Below are positions 1 to 12,976 of a stretch of DNA of 64,000 nt, piece by piece. Origin of the DNA: Rhina ancylostomus. Its lineage: Eukaryota. The stretch is taken from positions 13,074,002-13,138,001 of the forward strand of contig JARFYF010000062.1 in the NCBI GenBank assembly GCA_030265395.1, in the 5' to 3' direction. Position 1 is the stretch's first letter. Each line of letters opens with the position of its first letter. The notes beneath the pieces are model-generated. The model searched no databases. It saw only the letters and a program-made list of their open reading frames with translations, and was not told where the DNA came from. A program made the position numbers and the translations under genes.

Positions 1-2126
1 AACTGAACATCCCCCACCACCCCACCCCCCATCCCTGGTAACATGATTCTTCGTACTTCTTCTAAGCTCGTTGTGTTGTTCCTGGAATGCCCAGAACTTT
101 CTAAATTTCTAACATGATTTGTTTTCATTAGTACTACTGCTTATATCCCCGAGCAACTAATATGCTTTCAATCACCTTTAAACCCATTCATCTTTAAAAA
201 TTTGTGTACAATGACATCATAGACTCTGTTTTGTCGACACTTTTCAAAATCAAATTATTTTTAAAATATGGTCTTTTTATTTTAGTTCTCCCAAAGTCCT
301 TCACTTCACAATACGTGACATTGAACTCCAGGTTTGTCATTTTTCTGCCAACTTTCAGTGTCCTATCTTGTCTGAAACCAACAGTGGTCCCTGGAGCAGT
401 CTACTGTTTTGTCAAATTTCCTGTTATGCATTTCATGCTGGTCTTTGCATCTGAGCCTGGTTGTTTACAAAAACTGAAAGAGTAATGAAGCCAAAACTTG
501 AAACACCATTGCAACCCTTCACAATCATGCTTTGCTTCACTGAGCTAATTTTGTATCCAGACTATCACTTTCCCCTTAATTTCTTAATTCCACAATTGTC
601 CAGGCCTTCGTCTTGTCCAGGCACTTTGAAAGCCATCCCAAAGCAACATTTGCTGGTACCTCACTAAAGAATTTAATTAAAATGGGGGTAGAAAACTTGT
701 TTCTGCATAGAATAGAAATTGTGAAATAAAACTAGGGGCTATAGCAGTTGAAATGGGGTAACTTCTGCACATGTGGAAGCAAGCCAGGTACTTTTTGTGC
801 CCTGTCTCAACATTAGGAGGGCATGCAAAGGTTTGCAATGCAAATATCTTTAAAGTATTCTGCCAGGTTGTTTTCTTTTTGTATTGAATTCTGGAGACCC
901 TCCATAATTAATGGAATTTTACAAATGGAATTGTGAAGCTTGCATGTTCATGGCTAATCTGTGACTAGTCCAAGACCCTAATTTTTTATTAATTCAAGTT
1001 TAGATATATATTTGTGTTGGTGTACAGATGTGACAGTGTATTGATCATACACAAAATGCACTATGATAGGCAGGATAAAATGCTGGGGGAGGCCTGAAGT
1101 TATTTGATAGAGCTAACTTGTTCATAGTAAGTTTATTTTCTTTGTGTTTCAAGGTAAGTTTTCAAACTATACCTCACAAGTATTCATGCAAAGTAATGAA
1201 CTGCTAAGCAACTTCAATTGCTTTTGGTATTAAAAAGGAGAAAAAGTAGAGGGAAACTGCATCACCATCATCATCACCATAATAATCTTTTATGATTTTT
1301 TTCTTAATATTAAGAATCACTGGTCTGGTCTAGTTTTTACTCTGTTTTAGTATGTTTTTTCTACTTTACAGTGTGTTTAAATTATCACCATCTATTTGTC
1401 AACTCGTTATTCATGACTGCTCAGTGTGTATACAAGTTCTGCACAATATTATTTCACCAATTCGATGGCTAGAACTAGGTATTATGTGCCTTTAATTGCC
1501 TCTGCACTTAGTAGTTGGCTCGCCCTTATGGGTAAGCTTGCTTGTATTCTTGGTCCTGAGTTAGAACACTGGGTTGGAGTTGTAGGTACGGATTGAACAT
1601 ATGATCTAGGCTGACAATGTGTGTAATTGGAATGAAACCTCCCATGATGAGAGTGCTGCCTTTCGAGAAAGGCATGCACTCCAAAGCCAAGACTGCAGAC
1701 TTGGCCAACAACCCACTCATAACTTAAGAATTAAAATGTCATCTTGTTCCTCCTTGCATACATCTGGCCTGCAGTGTTTACGTACAAATGACAGGGCACT
1801 GCAAGCTATTTTATATTGTATAAATCATTTCAAGATCTTTTTTTGTTGTAATAATGCACTGTTTAAACATGTCACTTTCCCTTAACCCAGTCTACTTGCT
1901 GCAGACTTGTGTTTACTTTACTGCTGCCCAAAGTTTTCACTGACATAATGTGATAAAGCACACTTATGGCGCCTGTATTTATACTGGTCAGTCAACATTT
2001 GGCAATGGTGAAATCCAATTTGTCAACTTTGTTATTCTTTTTCTTTCTTTTTATGTTTTGTGTTTTATATTACTGATTTCTTTTAATTGATTTTGAGTCT
2101 TTTATTTGCATGTGTTTGTGCACCAG

Positions 2127-2357
2127 TACCACGCCATACAGCAAGCTCAGCAACAAGTAATGCAACATCAGATGATGCAGAATTTCTATCTCCAGCAACA
2201 GCAGCTTGCCACAGCCATGCAACAGATGCAGTATGTGAGCCAGCAGGCTGCTAATGCCCAGCCGCAGCTGACTGCAGCACACCCGCAACACACACCATTG
2301 CCCCTACCTCAGCAACATGCTGCAGGTGCACAAGCAGCCTCTCAGGAACAGGGAATG
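2127..2357 (+). CDS. AAK1: AAK1 internal coding exon, Gln/Pro/Ala-rich region (YHAIQQAQQQVMQHQMMQNFYLQQQQLATA...SQEQGM)
   Basis: Long pyrimidine tract, CAG acceptor ending 2126 and donor ATG|gtaaga; 231 nt, phase 0-0. QMMQNFYxQQQQLATA matches the AAK1 QPA region as I recall it. Confidence 0.9.
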
Positions 2358-2486
2358 GTAAGAGTTCGCAAATTAAGTGTTTATCCCTTTACAACACATA
2401 AACATACTGTAACGAAGAGAGCCTTGCCTTTTATTGGCAGGTGGGTGGGAGGCACTGATCAAGAAACTATGACACTTCCCAAACTT

Positions 2487-2835
2487 GCAGCACGGTGGCG
2501 CAGTTGGTAGAATTGCTGCCTTGTAGCTCTGGTGACCCAGGTTCAATCCTGACCTCCCTGTTGTCTGTGTGGAGTTTGCACGTTCTCCCTATGACCTTGT
2601 GGATTTCCTGCAGGTGCTACAGTTTCCACCCACATCCCAAAGACCATGCAGGTTGGTTGGTTAATTGCCCACTGTAAATTGCCCCCAGTATGTAGATGAG
2701 TGGTAGAATCTAGGAGTAGTTGATGGATAAGTGGGGAGAATGGGTTATAGGGAAAATTAGTGGGGAATGGGATTGCTCTTTGAGCTTGCATCAACTTGAT
2801 GGGCCAAAATAGCCTCCTCCCATGTCATAATGAAA
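2487..2835 (+). mobile_element. tRNA-derived SINE (HE1/V-SINE-like)
   Basis: A box TGGCGCAGTTGG, B box GGTTCAATCC, core GTGTGGAGTTTGCACGTTCTCCC, CR1-like tail ATGGGCCAAAATAGCCTCCT. Confidence 0.85.
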
Positions 2836-3466
2836 TATGACTAGATGCTGTTACCCCAAACGTGTGCAAATGTGAAATTTATGCCAAATCAAAGTTTTCT
2901 TTAAATAAAAAAACATCTCGTTTATAACTGTGTAGTCTGTCACACTTGTGTTACTATTTTAAATGAAACAATTCTTTTTTTTTGACGCCCTCGGCCCCCC
3001 CCCCCCCCCCCGCTTGATCAGTTTCTTATAGAGGTCATATCTAAATAATTACATTTTCACAAAGAGCAGTCATCCTTCACCCTCACTCTGAACAAGTCAC
3101 AAAATTGGCAAAGGCATTAATCTACTTTTTCTAAGTGATAATATTTCTAGTTAAGTGGGAAATATAGACACTGTAATGAATAGGCATCGCAACTGCTTAG
3201 CTGAAACCATGTGGACTACTTAATGATTTCCACTCTTTTTCTCATTCCAAAAAACCAAAACAGAAGTTAGAATAAGAATGCTCAATTCTGGTTTGCTTTT
3301 AGACACCATATTATTATACACATTTTAGATAAGTGCATGAGGAAATGTTTAACAGTTGCAGTTCATTTGGAGAAATTATGATCCTAATGACAATGAGCGC
3401 TCCCACTGGCTTTGACCACTGGTTTTGATTGTGGGGGTAAGTAACGTTGACTGCTTTCCCTTGCAG

Positions 3467-3696
3467 ACTCAAATTCAGCAGCAGCAGCAGCAACAGCTGC
3501 CACAGGTGGCACCAAGCCAGTCTCCAAAAATGGTGCCGGTGTCTGTGACTCCTCCGTCATCCCCCAAGACTCAGCGTGCCGGGCACAGGAGGATTCTGAG
3601 TGATGTCACGTACAGCGCAGTATTTGGAGTTCCAGTCAGTAAATCAACCCAGCTCCTGGCTGCCGCGGCCGCAGAAGCTGGTTTAAACAAATCCAA
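3467..3696 (+). CDS. AAK1: AAK1 coding exon (TQIQQQ...[50 protein letters not shown])
   Basis: Acceptor ttgcag|, donor AA|gtaggt; phase 0-2. [21 protein letters not shown] is a hallmark AAK1 segment. Confidence 0.96.
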
Positions 3697-3795
3697 GTAG
3701 GTTTAGTTTTTTTTTAAATGAATGATCATTTGTGCCTGGCTTAATTACAATCATTTGTCATGTTGGAATTGCAATTAATTTTATGGGACAAGCAG

Positions 3796-3836
3796 ACTTG
3801 TTGCTCCAGGTCCCAGCATCTGCAGTCTCTTGTGTT
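3796..3836. repeat. Short fragment of the palindromic GATGCTGG-type dispersed repeat
   Basis: TTGCTCCAGGTCCCAGCATCTGCAGTCTCTTGTGT recurs at 9294 (reverse complement), 24841 (reverse complement), ~50905 and ~61955. Confidence 0.65.
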
Positions 3837-4387
3837 GACAATGTAACCCATTAGGTGTGTGGTTCCTTTAAGTCAGTTCCATCTTTCTTTATCTCACCTT
3901 GTCCATCCTATTTGTTCCACCCTGTGTAATTATTCAGCCAGCTTTTTAAATTTATCAAGCTAAATGTCTGTTTTATTCCACTTGGTAAATTTGCATCTTT
4001 TTAAGACCTGGAGCAAATGGCTGTTCTGGACTTCAAGTGATGGCATTGTTTAGAAATGAAATGGCCACTGTTACATCAGTCAAGGTAAAATGGTTAGTAT
4101 TTAAACACAGGATCACTGCCACGCAATCCATCCACCCCTCAAAATGGCTCCCTACTCTCCCACTCTTGTCTCATCCAGGAATATTTGGGCCAATTGCTAT
4201 CCCAGCTATTTGGCATTTATCTTTGTGTAGATCAGAAATTGAATCTGGTTTACTCAGCAATACATGGGGAATCCATTCATCTACAAAGCTGTTGGGTTGC
4301 TCTTAATTTAGTAAAATATGAAAGGAGCTTTTATTAGGTTTAAACCAGCCAATGTAAGACATTCACCACATGACCTTTTCCACTCAG

Positions 4388-4545
4388 GTCAGCTACCACA
4401 ACTCCCTCAGGATCTCCCAGGACCTCCCAACAAAATGTGTACAATCCTCCTGATGTTTCTACATGGAACCCATTTGCTGATGACAATTTCTCCAAACTCA
4501 CTGCAGAGGAGCTACTCAATAAGGACTTTGAAAAGCTCAAAGATA
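4388..4545 (+). CDS. AAK1: AAK1 coding exon ([52 protein letters not shown])
   Basis: Acceptor actcag|, donor A|gtaagt; phase 2-1, in frame with the previous exon. WNPF and [17 protein letters not shown] are conserved in AAK1/BMP2K. Confidence 0.96.
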
Positions 4546-6440
4546 GTAAGTATAAAACTGAAGAATACTTGAGCACTAAACCAATCCACTCATGTAACTC
4601 CCTGCATCTTTTATCATTTCACTAAAGGTTATTCTCCAATTATCAAATTCCATTTTGAGAGTTAAATCTGTCTTCATACTTTTGAACAGGCTATAAGGTG
4701 ATGGTTTTGAATTTGATTACTTTGGAAATAGGATGAAAAGATATAATGTGGTGTAAGATTCCACATATTACAGGCCCAATGAGAGGCTGAGCTGTAGTGG
4801 AAGCAATCAAGCTTTGAATGTTCACATTTGAAACAGATTTGTAAGGCTTTAGACCAGACCTCAGAAACTTCTAGGTAAAGCAGATGAATCAACATTATTG
4901 TTCTGAAAGCAGGCAAAGAAATTTCACTTGACCAAATCAACCGTTCAAACCTACATTTTTCAGCACTTGAGGATGAAGGATGATGTAACTTTGATCTTCC
5001 ATTGAACAAGGGGAAAATAAAGTAGCCATTCACATAATTGAGAGTGAGTGTGGCTGTGTTTGTAGTTTGACATTTGAATATTGATTTATGCTTGTTTCAT
5101 TTATTTCATATCGAAACACTGTAATTTGTCTAAGGTGCTGAGTGTCATATATTCCTGAATTCCAAGCATGCTCTATGTTAACATGAATGGTTCAAATCCT
5201 GTGTTTTTCCAAGTATAGTTGGCATCATTGCAAGAATCATTGCTGATGCAGCTTGAGCAGTGCAGCAGTTGTTGATTCTTAACTATTTCCAATTGCTTTG
5301 CTGAATTTAATTGAAACTCAGCAGATTGATTTTTTTTAATGGAAGTCCCACAATGCTTTTGTTAAAACATAGAGCTACATTTGAATAAAAGCAAATTTTG
5401 TAAGTTGCCTAGCAGACATACCTACTCCCCTTAGCAATCCTTATGCAGGTTGTCAGCTGGGGCACTTGAGATTTACAGTTCATAGCATGTGACAGTAGCC
5501 ATAAGAGATTAGCTTTGAACACTCAGCTAATGTAGGCAGAAAGAAACTAATCACAGAAGCTTGCTCAAAGAATTTGCTTTTTAATGCTTTAGCACTTTTA
5601 AACAAAAGGATTTTGATTTGTTGGTCGATTGTTCAACTGGAAAGGATGTTTGGGAAGGATCTGCAGGATAGATTACTTTGAGGTCTTCAGATGAGGAGAG
5701 ACAGGTAGACATATGAAGGGAGTTGGGAAGACCATTCCAGGTAATATTGCTATAATGGTTGAATACCTTGCCTTTACTGGTGAAGCAGAGCAAAATCTCA
5801 GTAAGCTAGTTGTTTTTGTGTATTACAGTATTAAGCTGGAACGACATGAAGGTTGTAGGACTGAACTATCTGTGTGACCTTGGCAACTAATCTCATTCCT
5901 TTTTTATTTGTCTTTCATTTTCTGATTGTCTATATTTGCCTTCGCTCTTAACTTCTTTGAACATTCTTTGAATTACTGTTGTTTCTCTTGTTTCATTCTA
6001 TTTTTTGGCTTAATGACAAAGAAAAGAGAACTTGCATTTTTAAATTATCCTCTAAGTGTCCCAAAACAAATGATGAAACAGTTGGTGAATGAAACCACCA
6101 ATCGGCACAATCTACAAACATCCATTAGGTAATTCATCAATTCTTAAGATAAGAGCTCTGTTTTAACTAAATCTAAAAATGATCTTTAGCCTGAATTGTA
6201 TTGAAAAAGAAAATACACTTCTTATCACAGCCTTCCTTTACCTCGAGTACCTTTGTATCTTTGACTTGTTTCGATTAGATGTAAAATTAACCACTGTCTG
6301 ATATCTTCTATAAAGATATACAGTGATTAGCTGGCAAACAAATGTTTCTTATCCTCGTGACTGTTTATTTCTTTTCTTTTTTCAAAACATTAATGAAAGG
6401 CCAACAGCAATTTTAAAAAATTGTTTCTGAAATTCCACAG

Positions 6441-6554
6441 ATAAGGTTGAGAAGACTGATACCGCTACTGAGAGTCTAATGCCAGGGCTTCCATCCACTC
6501 AGGTCCAGGTGCAGGCAGATGCTTTTGGAATAGATCCCTTTGTCTCTGGGACAG
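6441..6554 (+). CDS. AAK1: AAK1 coding exon (NKVEKTDTATESLMPGLPSTQVQVQADAFGIDPFVSGT)
   Basis: ccacag| ... G|gttagt; 114 nt, phase 1-1, open frame. Aligns by eye to mammalian [22 protein letters not shown]. Not in the ORF track. Confidence 0.88.
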
Positions 6555-6984
6555 GTTAGTATGTAAACCAATGCTAACTGTAGCAGTCTTGCATTCTAAA
6601 ATTGTGCTGTGTCCTACATTGAAAATGCAGGAAATGTACAGGAAGTCAGGCGGCACTTGAAAGAGTTTTATGTTGGTTCAGGTAATAACCTTACTCAAAG
6701 GGAGTGACTCCCAACAAAAGAAAATAGAAGGGAGTTGATCTACTAACATGTTATGTCATAGGAGAAATTCAGTATTTAGCTAATTCACAAAACTTGTATT
6801 TTGACTTCATTTCTCTAGTCATAAACATTGGCCTTTTGAGCTGATTGAATATGAATCGACAGTAAACACAATGTGACTGGCTCAGAGATGGATGGATCAT
6901 TTTGTGATGTATAATTGTTCTCTACTTTCTTCCTCCTTTGCTGCTCCTTGTTGCCTTCCACTCTTATCTACTCGGTTGGCTCAG

Positions 6985-7077
6985 CTGAAAAGTCTTCAGA
7001 ACTGTTGGTTCCAGATGCTGCCATCCCGCCAATTAACGTACCCGATCCTTTCACTCCTGTATCATCTGACCCTCCAG
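6985..7077 (+). CDS. AAK1: AAK1 coding exon (AEKSSELLVPDAAIPPINVPDPFTPVSSDPP)
   Basis: Long pyrimidine tract, ctcag| ... G|gtaaat; 93 nt, phase 1-1. Has a DPF motif and resembles mammalian AEKRKGG...VSDPFIPLQVPDAP. Confidence 0.85.
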
Positions 7078-9293
7078 GTAAATAAGTGCTGAGTGTGTCT
7101 TTGGGTCCCACCCAGAACTGAAGCTGTTTAGTTGAGACCTTTGGATTGAAACTAACAACTTCTGTTGATCAGATTGAACAATTCTGTTATTAGCAGTTAT
7201 CTGGGTACCANNNNAATGAGGGTTTGTTATAAATTGACCAGTTTGGCCTCCATTTCCTCTTTGTAGAGGTACGAGCCCCAACTCCCGAAGGAAATTATAG
7301 ACACCTTAACTGTCCCCTCACTTCAAGCCTGTCACCCTCTCGCATTTGAACAATTTCGAGCAGTTTAAATATATATTGTACTTCACTTCACTGAGGGGTT
7401 CTATAGCAAATGAATCCAATGTGGGCTTTATATGAACTGAAGCTTCTGTGGATCCAAAATGTCCCCAACAACCCTCGGGAAATTTAGCCATATGTTAAAA
7501 ACCTATCAAGTTTAGCTCTTGAGAAATTTTTGCTCATTTGAAAAATATGAAGTTATAAGTACTCTCTGGCTATCAAGGATGCAGAAAAACTGGGTTATAA
7601 GTATTTTGATTGGTAACTTTCTGCAAAAGGGAGTTATCAAATGCTGCAATGTACTAAACATTTGAAAATAAAATAGCTGAACCTTCCCATTGTAATACAT
7701 TACACCACTCTATTCCAGGCTGGGAAGAAATACTGCTGGGAACAGAGATTTAAGGTTTCAATCCTCTGGCCATTTCTGTGTCTATCAGCGAGAGTTACAA
7801 GTTTTTCTGCCTCTCTCTCCCCTTTTTATTCTTGCTTGCATTTTCGGAGGCAGTGATTATACCTGCTGTTATGACCACACTGCACAGTGCTATTAACAGC
7901 TCCTGCAGGCCCACGCTTCCCATCAACCTGCTTTAGAAGTCACTTTACACTGAGAACAGCATGTAACACAAGCTTGAAGCATTCGGAACATCAGAAAAGG
8001 CCAAGCTTTGTTGCCTTGCCTTTAGTTCAAGGTAATGTTCCTGTAAAATTTCAGTGAAGGCTCAGTATTTTACAAGGCTTAGAGTTGCCTGTTTCTAATA
8101 TTGGACTTGATCTTTCCTCTAGAGGGTTCATATTGAAGTGGCGATGAGAAAATGCAGTAGGTGTAGGGTGATCCTTTGTATTTCTGTCAAGGGAATGAAG
8201 AGTTTGGTCATAGTTTGGCTGTCTGACAGTGTTACAGGTGGAGTGTGGGACACATCATTACTGTGAAAAAGCATCATGAATTTGCAACAGCCCCAATAAA
8301 CTTGCAGTTAAACCATCGTAACCATCTGTGTTGCTGACTTCTTTCGGAAGTGAGTGGGGTGAACGTAAAATTGCCCTAAAATCTCAGTTGATGGCAGAAA
8401 TTGTGGTATCAAATACCTATCAAATGATGCATTTTAATTTTTTTAGATGCACTTTTTTTCTTAAGGTCCTGTAATCCCAGAATGCTGTGGATTTTTGTTT
8501 TGCCTGGAATTTTGCTTTTCTATTGATTAAATTGTTAATCAGATTAGTACAAAGTCAGTCATGGAAGATCAATATTGGACTTTTCCCTTGGGCTTGAACT
8601 AATATTGTAATCAGCATTGTTAAAATATTGGAAGTTGATGGCGAGTGTGTTGACACTGTTTTGTTTTGTTCTGAAGTACTGTGTATTATTCCCTCTTATT
8701 ATTTATGTTGGGACCATATGCATTGGAAGCCTTTTTTCCATTGTAATTCTACCCACCTTGCTATTAAAAGGAGTTCTATGTCAAATAATTGTAAATGCAA
8801 AACTAATGTTGCTTTTTGCTGAAGTCCATAGAACTGCTCATTGGAGGTAACTTGCATTCCCTTTGATGTGACTATGATACTCCACTTTAATTATTTACCA
8901 TATGGCCACAATGGACAATGCCTTTCTGAGCTGACACTTGATTTTGATCCCATCAAATGAAAGCATTCAATGTTCACTGATTTCTTAGTTCCTCCACATA
9001 AACACAAGAAAATAATAAATCCATGGATCCAGTGTACTTCTCAAACCCCACTCTTTGATCCAGAATTTTACCAAGAGGCTAAATTATATTACTATAATAA
9101 TAATGGAATCCTGAGCAAACCGTACCATTTGATTTCACTCACCAATTGCATTTGCTTGGTTTGACTCAGTAGTTTTGAACTGGTGGAACATTGTTCAGTT
9201 CAATAAGAGCAATTTTGAGCACATTATTAAACTCTGTTAGTTATATTGATTTCTGAGGAGAATAAGGGAACAAGATATTTCTGAAGACAAAGA

Positions 9294-9530
9294 GACACAA
9301 GAGACTGCAACTGCTGGAACCTGGAGCAAGAAGCAATATGCTGGAGGAACAGTGGGTTGAGCAGCATCTGTGGTGGGGGGGGGGGGAGTGGTGGGGGAAG
9401 GAATTGTCGACGATTTGGGTTAAAACCTTGCATCAGGATTCGTCAATGTTTCGGGATGCAAGTCCTCATGCAGGGTTTTGGCCCAAAACGTGGACAATTC
9501 CTCCACCACCCCGCACCCCCACCCCCACTG
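9294..9530. mobile_element. Palindromic dispersed repeat, probably Penelope-associated, with internal inverted repeats
   Basis: Inverted arms at ~9400-9439 and ~9462-9501; homologous copies elsewhere in the window. Confidence 0.65.
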
Positions 9531-10475
9531 AAGATATTTCTGATAAATGATTTGACAATTTTAATTGTTTCAGTCTTTTTCAGAAATATTTTAGACATTT
9601 GTACTGGATGCAAAAGAGTAAAATAATGGGTGGGTGCTTTGGGCACTTATGGTATGGATTCTCGTGCCTCCAGGATTTGTAATCAAGGGCCTTTACTCAA
9701 TTTCTGGATTGTGTTTCAGTAGTTATCCATAGCTAAGGGGAATATGAAAGTTGACCAATTGGAAGGAAGCTCAGCAAGGGTTCCTATTCCTTGTTGCGAG
9801 AAGTAACAATGGGAAGCAAATATAATATTAGACTCGGGAGACAATAATCTCCCATCATCTATTGTTGAGTAGTCAAATGATTTGTCAGCAGAACGGGGAA
9901 GGCTACACTGAGGAGCTTGACTTTGGGAGATCTATGCATTGAGCATTGAATGAATGGTATTAGAACAAAGTATCTTCCAGTAAAAGTCACTGGAAGGTAA
10001 TCTAGGGTAAAGATTGCACCCACTGGACTGTGACTATCTGTCTCTTCTGAATTAAAACTTGAAAGATTGTGAGANNNNNNNNNNNNNNNNNNNNNNNNNN
10101 NNNNNNNNNNNNNNNNNNNNNNNNNNNNNNNNNNNNNNNNNNNNNNNNNNNNNNNNNNNNNNNNNNNNNNNNNNNNNNNNNNNNNNNNNNNNNNNNNNNN
10201 NNNNNNNNNNNNNNNNNNNNNNNNNNNNNNNNNNNNNNNNNNNNNNNNNNNNNNNNNNNNNNNNNNNNNNNNNNNNNNNNNNNNNNNNNNNNNNNNNNNN
10301 NNNNNNNNNNNNNNNNNNNNNNNNNNNNNNNNNNNNNNNNNNNNNNNNNNNNNNNNNNNNNNNNNNNNNNNNNNNNNNNNNNNNNNNNNNNNNNNNNNNN
10401 NNNNNNNNNNNNNNNNNNNNNNNNNNNNNNNNNNNNNNNNNNNNNNNNNNNNNNNNNNNNNNNNNNNNNNNNNNA

Positions 10476-10860
10476 TAGTGAGAAGTGTAGACAGAGTCCA
10501 AGGAGGGGAGGCTGGTTTCTGTGATGTGCTGAGCTGTGTCCACAACTTTCTTCAGTTTCTTACAGTCATGGGCAGAGCAGTTGCCATACCAAGCTGTGAT
10601 GCATCCAGATAGGATGATTTCTCTGGTGCATCGATTAAAAATTGGTGAGGGTCAAAGGGGACATGCCAAATTTCTTTAGCCTTCTGAGGAAGCAGAGGCA
10701 CTAGTGAGCTTTCTTGGCTGTGGCATCTACACGGTTGGACGAGGACAGGCTATTGGTGATGTTAACTTCGAGGAACTTCAAGCTCTCAACCCTCTCAACC
10801 TCAGCACTTTTAATGTAGACAGGAGCATGTGCACTGCTTCCCTTCCTGAAGTCAATGGCT
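10476..10860 (-). mobile_element. Rex1/Babar-like LINE fragment (ORF C-terminal region)
   Basis: Minus-strand peptide DTAQHITETSLPSLDSVYT; homologous to the 54-kb copy. Confidence 0.75.
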
Positions 10861-11498
10861 GGAGCACTATGGCTGTCACCTACTACATGGAGACAGATTT
10901 AATGAAAATAAAATAGCCATAAACCCCTTTCTTTCTACCTTTCCCTCCCTCTTCCCCTTTCTCTTCATTTGCAAAGGTCAATATTCTTTAACTTACACCA
11001 CTCTCCTGGAATTTTAAATAATGCCTTGCATGTTAGTAAGAGCTCTATGCCAAAGGCACTGGTTTCATAAGTGAAATTCATTTGCAGGATTTCAGGATAT
11101 TAATCTGGGAATGTTTTCCATAACTTTCCCTGGCTTTCAGTGCGAGATGAAAACCAGTGATTTCATTGTCATGACACAAGTGAAATTATTTAACTAAATA
11201 TTGCACGTTATCTCTTGATAGACATGCAGTAGCATTCACACCTTTCAGGAATATCCATTGTGAACCAACAGAGGCAAATCTGGAGGAGTTGTGCCAGAAA
11301 CAATATGAATCCTGATTGCAATACCCCTTCCGGATTGCTCAAAATTTTACAGCTTAGCTTCTGAGCTGATGTGAATTCCTCAATTAGCCTGCATTATATA
11401 ATTTTTTTTGCTGAAGTATAATTTTTTTTTCTGTATGCTTGCATTTCTTCTTGTATCTCTGATTTTATTGTTCTTCTCTCCTCCAACTCTTGACACAG

Positions 11499-11600
11499 AA
11501 AAGCTCATAGAAGGTCTGAAGTCCCCTGAGACTTCATTTCTGCTTCCTGACCTTCTATCTCTTGGTGACCCCTTTGGGAGTACCGAGGATAATATCAATG
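11499..11600 (+). CDS. AAK1: AAK1 coding exon ([34 protein letters not shown])
   Basis: acacag| ... G|gtaaaa; 102 nt, phase 1-1. [10 protein letters not shown]...LLPDLL...DPFGST is near-identical to AAK1. Confidence 0.95.
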
Positions 11601-12976
11601 GTAAAAAATCTCCGGATGCATTTGTTTCAGCATGCATGACCATATTATAGGAATCTGGAGTATTTTCACCTGCTAAGTTTCAGACCCCTTTAACTTGACC
11701 CTTTGAAAGTCAATGTTTTATGAATAACAATTGTGAAATTGTGTGCACATAGTTGATTTTCAGTGACATTCTGGGTTCCTATTTATTCTATGCTCCCTAC
11801 CACTTAGAAAAGGTGGGCTATTCAGGTGCCCCTTTATTTGGCATACATGTGAAAGTTCAGTGCGTGCTCACCAGTATGCTGGACATATTAAAAGTACAAG
11901 AGGTGGCAGCAAAGTGATGAGAGCCCTTTCACTAAGGTAAGGCATGTCAGTACGGCAGTGACAATGGTCAGTGCAGCCAGTCATTACTAGCTGAACCCCA
12001 ATCAGTTGTGTAAAGCTTTTGACATCTATATTTAGGGGTTGAGGTTGAAAATTCTCTTGTTCCTATTCTTTACACTTTCACTGAATCTGCTTGTGTTTTT
12101 ATCTCTGCCACAACATTTTGTGTCTTGTCTGTCTTGTCAGCTTCTTGCCCTGTTCTGTTATGTGGCAATTTTCTGTAGTGGATGGTGATTGTGTTGTGAC
12201 AGTCTGTGCCTTTCTGTAATACACCCTGAAGTGTTTCAAGAAACACCCAGCTGCAGCAGTGCTTGCATGCACGTACTTTGGGGTATGTATGTATTACGTG
12301 GGCACTTTGATGGATTTTCTAGTCAACAGAGCCATGACTGCAACTTCTTATTTGCCTTAGTCCTGTTTGTGACAAGAAGAGTTGATTGTTCCATTAGCTT
12401 TACCAATTATCTAACAGGAAAATGCAAGTTATTTTGGCAGAGCTCTGAAGAGAATATGACAGAACAATGTATTCAAGTGTCAATCCAATGTCACCTGCAT
12501 TATTTGAAATTAATCTTGGTTTGGCATCATTTTGCTTGCTACATAATAGTTATGTTCATTCGACCTTCATTTGAAATCTGAGTAATGGCGCATTGCAGGA
12601 TCTTAAATCTCTTCTTCCCCAGCTTATATGTGAATTATTGATTTTTTTTAAAGTTTTTTTGTAGAACAAAGAGTAATTCTGATGTATTATTCTAAAGAGA
12701 TTAAGGGAATTTAGTTTTAAGTTCTGTTGAGTACTTAAGTTAAAATTTCTTTGAGAATTATCTGAAGGAATTTAGTTGCAGTGTCTAAATTTCTATCAAT
12801 ACTGCAAAGATTTAAGGGCCTATTGTTGTAGAGTAGAGAGTTGTAAAGTGAAATTATTTAAAGCTTTGCCCATTTTCCTTCATGCTCTGTGGCAGCTTGG
12901 CTGTTTTCTTGATACACCTTAACATTATTTGATGTCTGCTTGCATCTAATTCTCTATTTGTGCCCTGATTCAAAAG

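Noticed and set aside
2487-2560. tRNA-like A and B boxes (also at 42823-42890)
   Set aside because: These are SINE heads that continue into SINE core and tail sequence; they are not tRNA genes.
9859-10545. Long ORFs containing X runs, here and at other gaps
   Set aside because: Artefacts of translating N-gaps.
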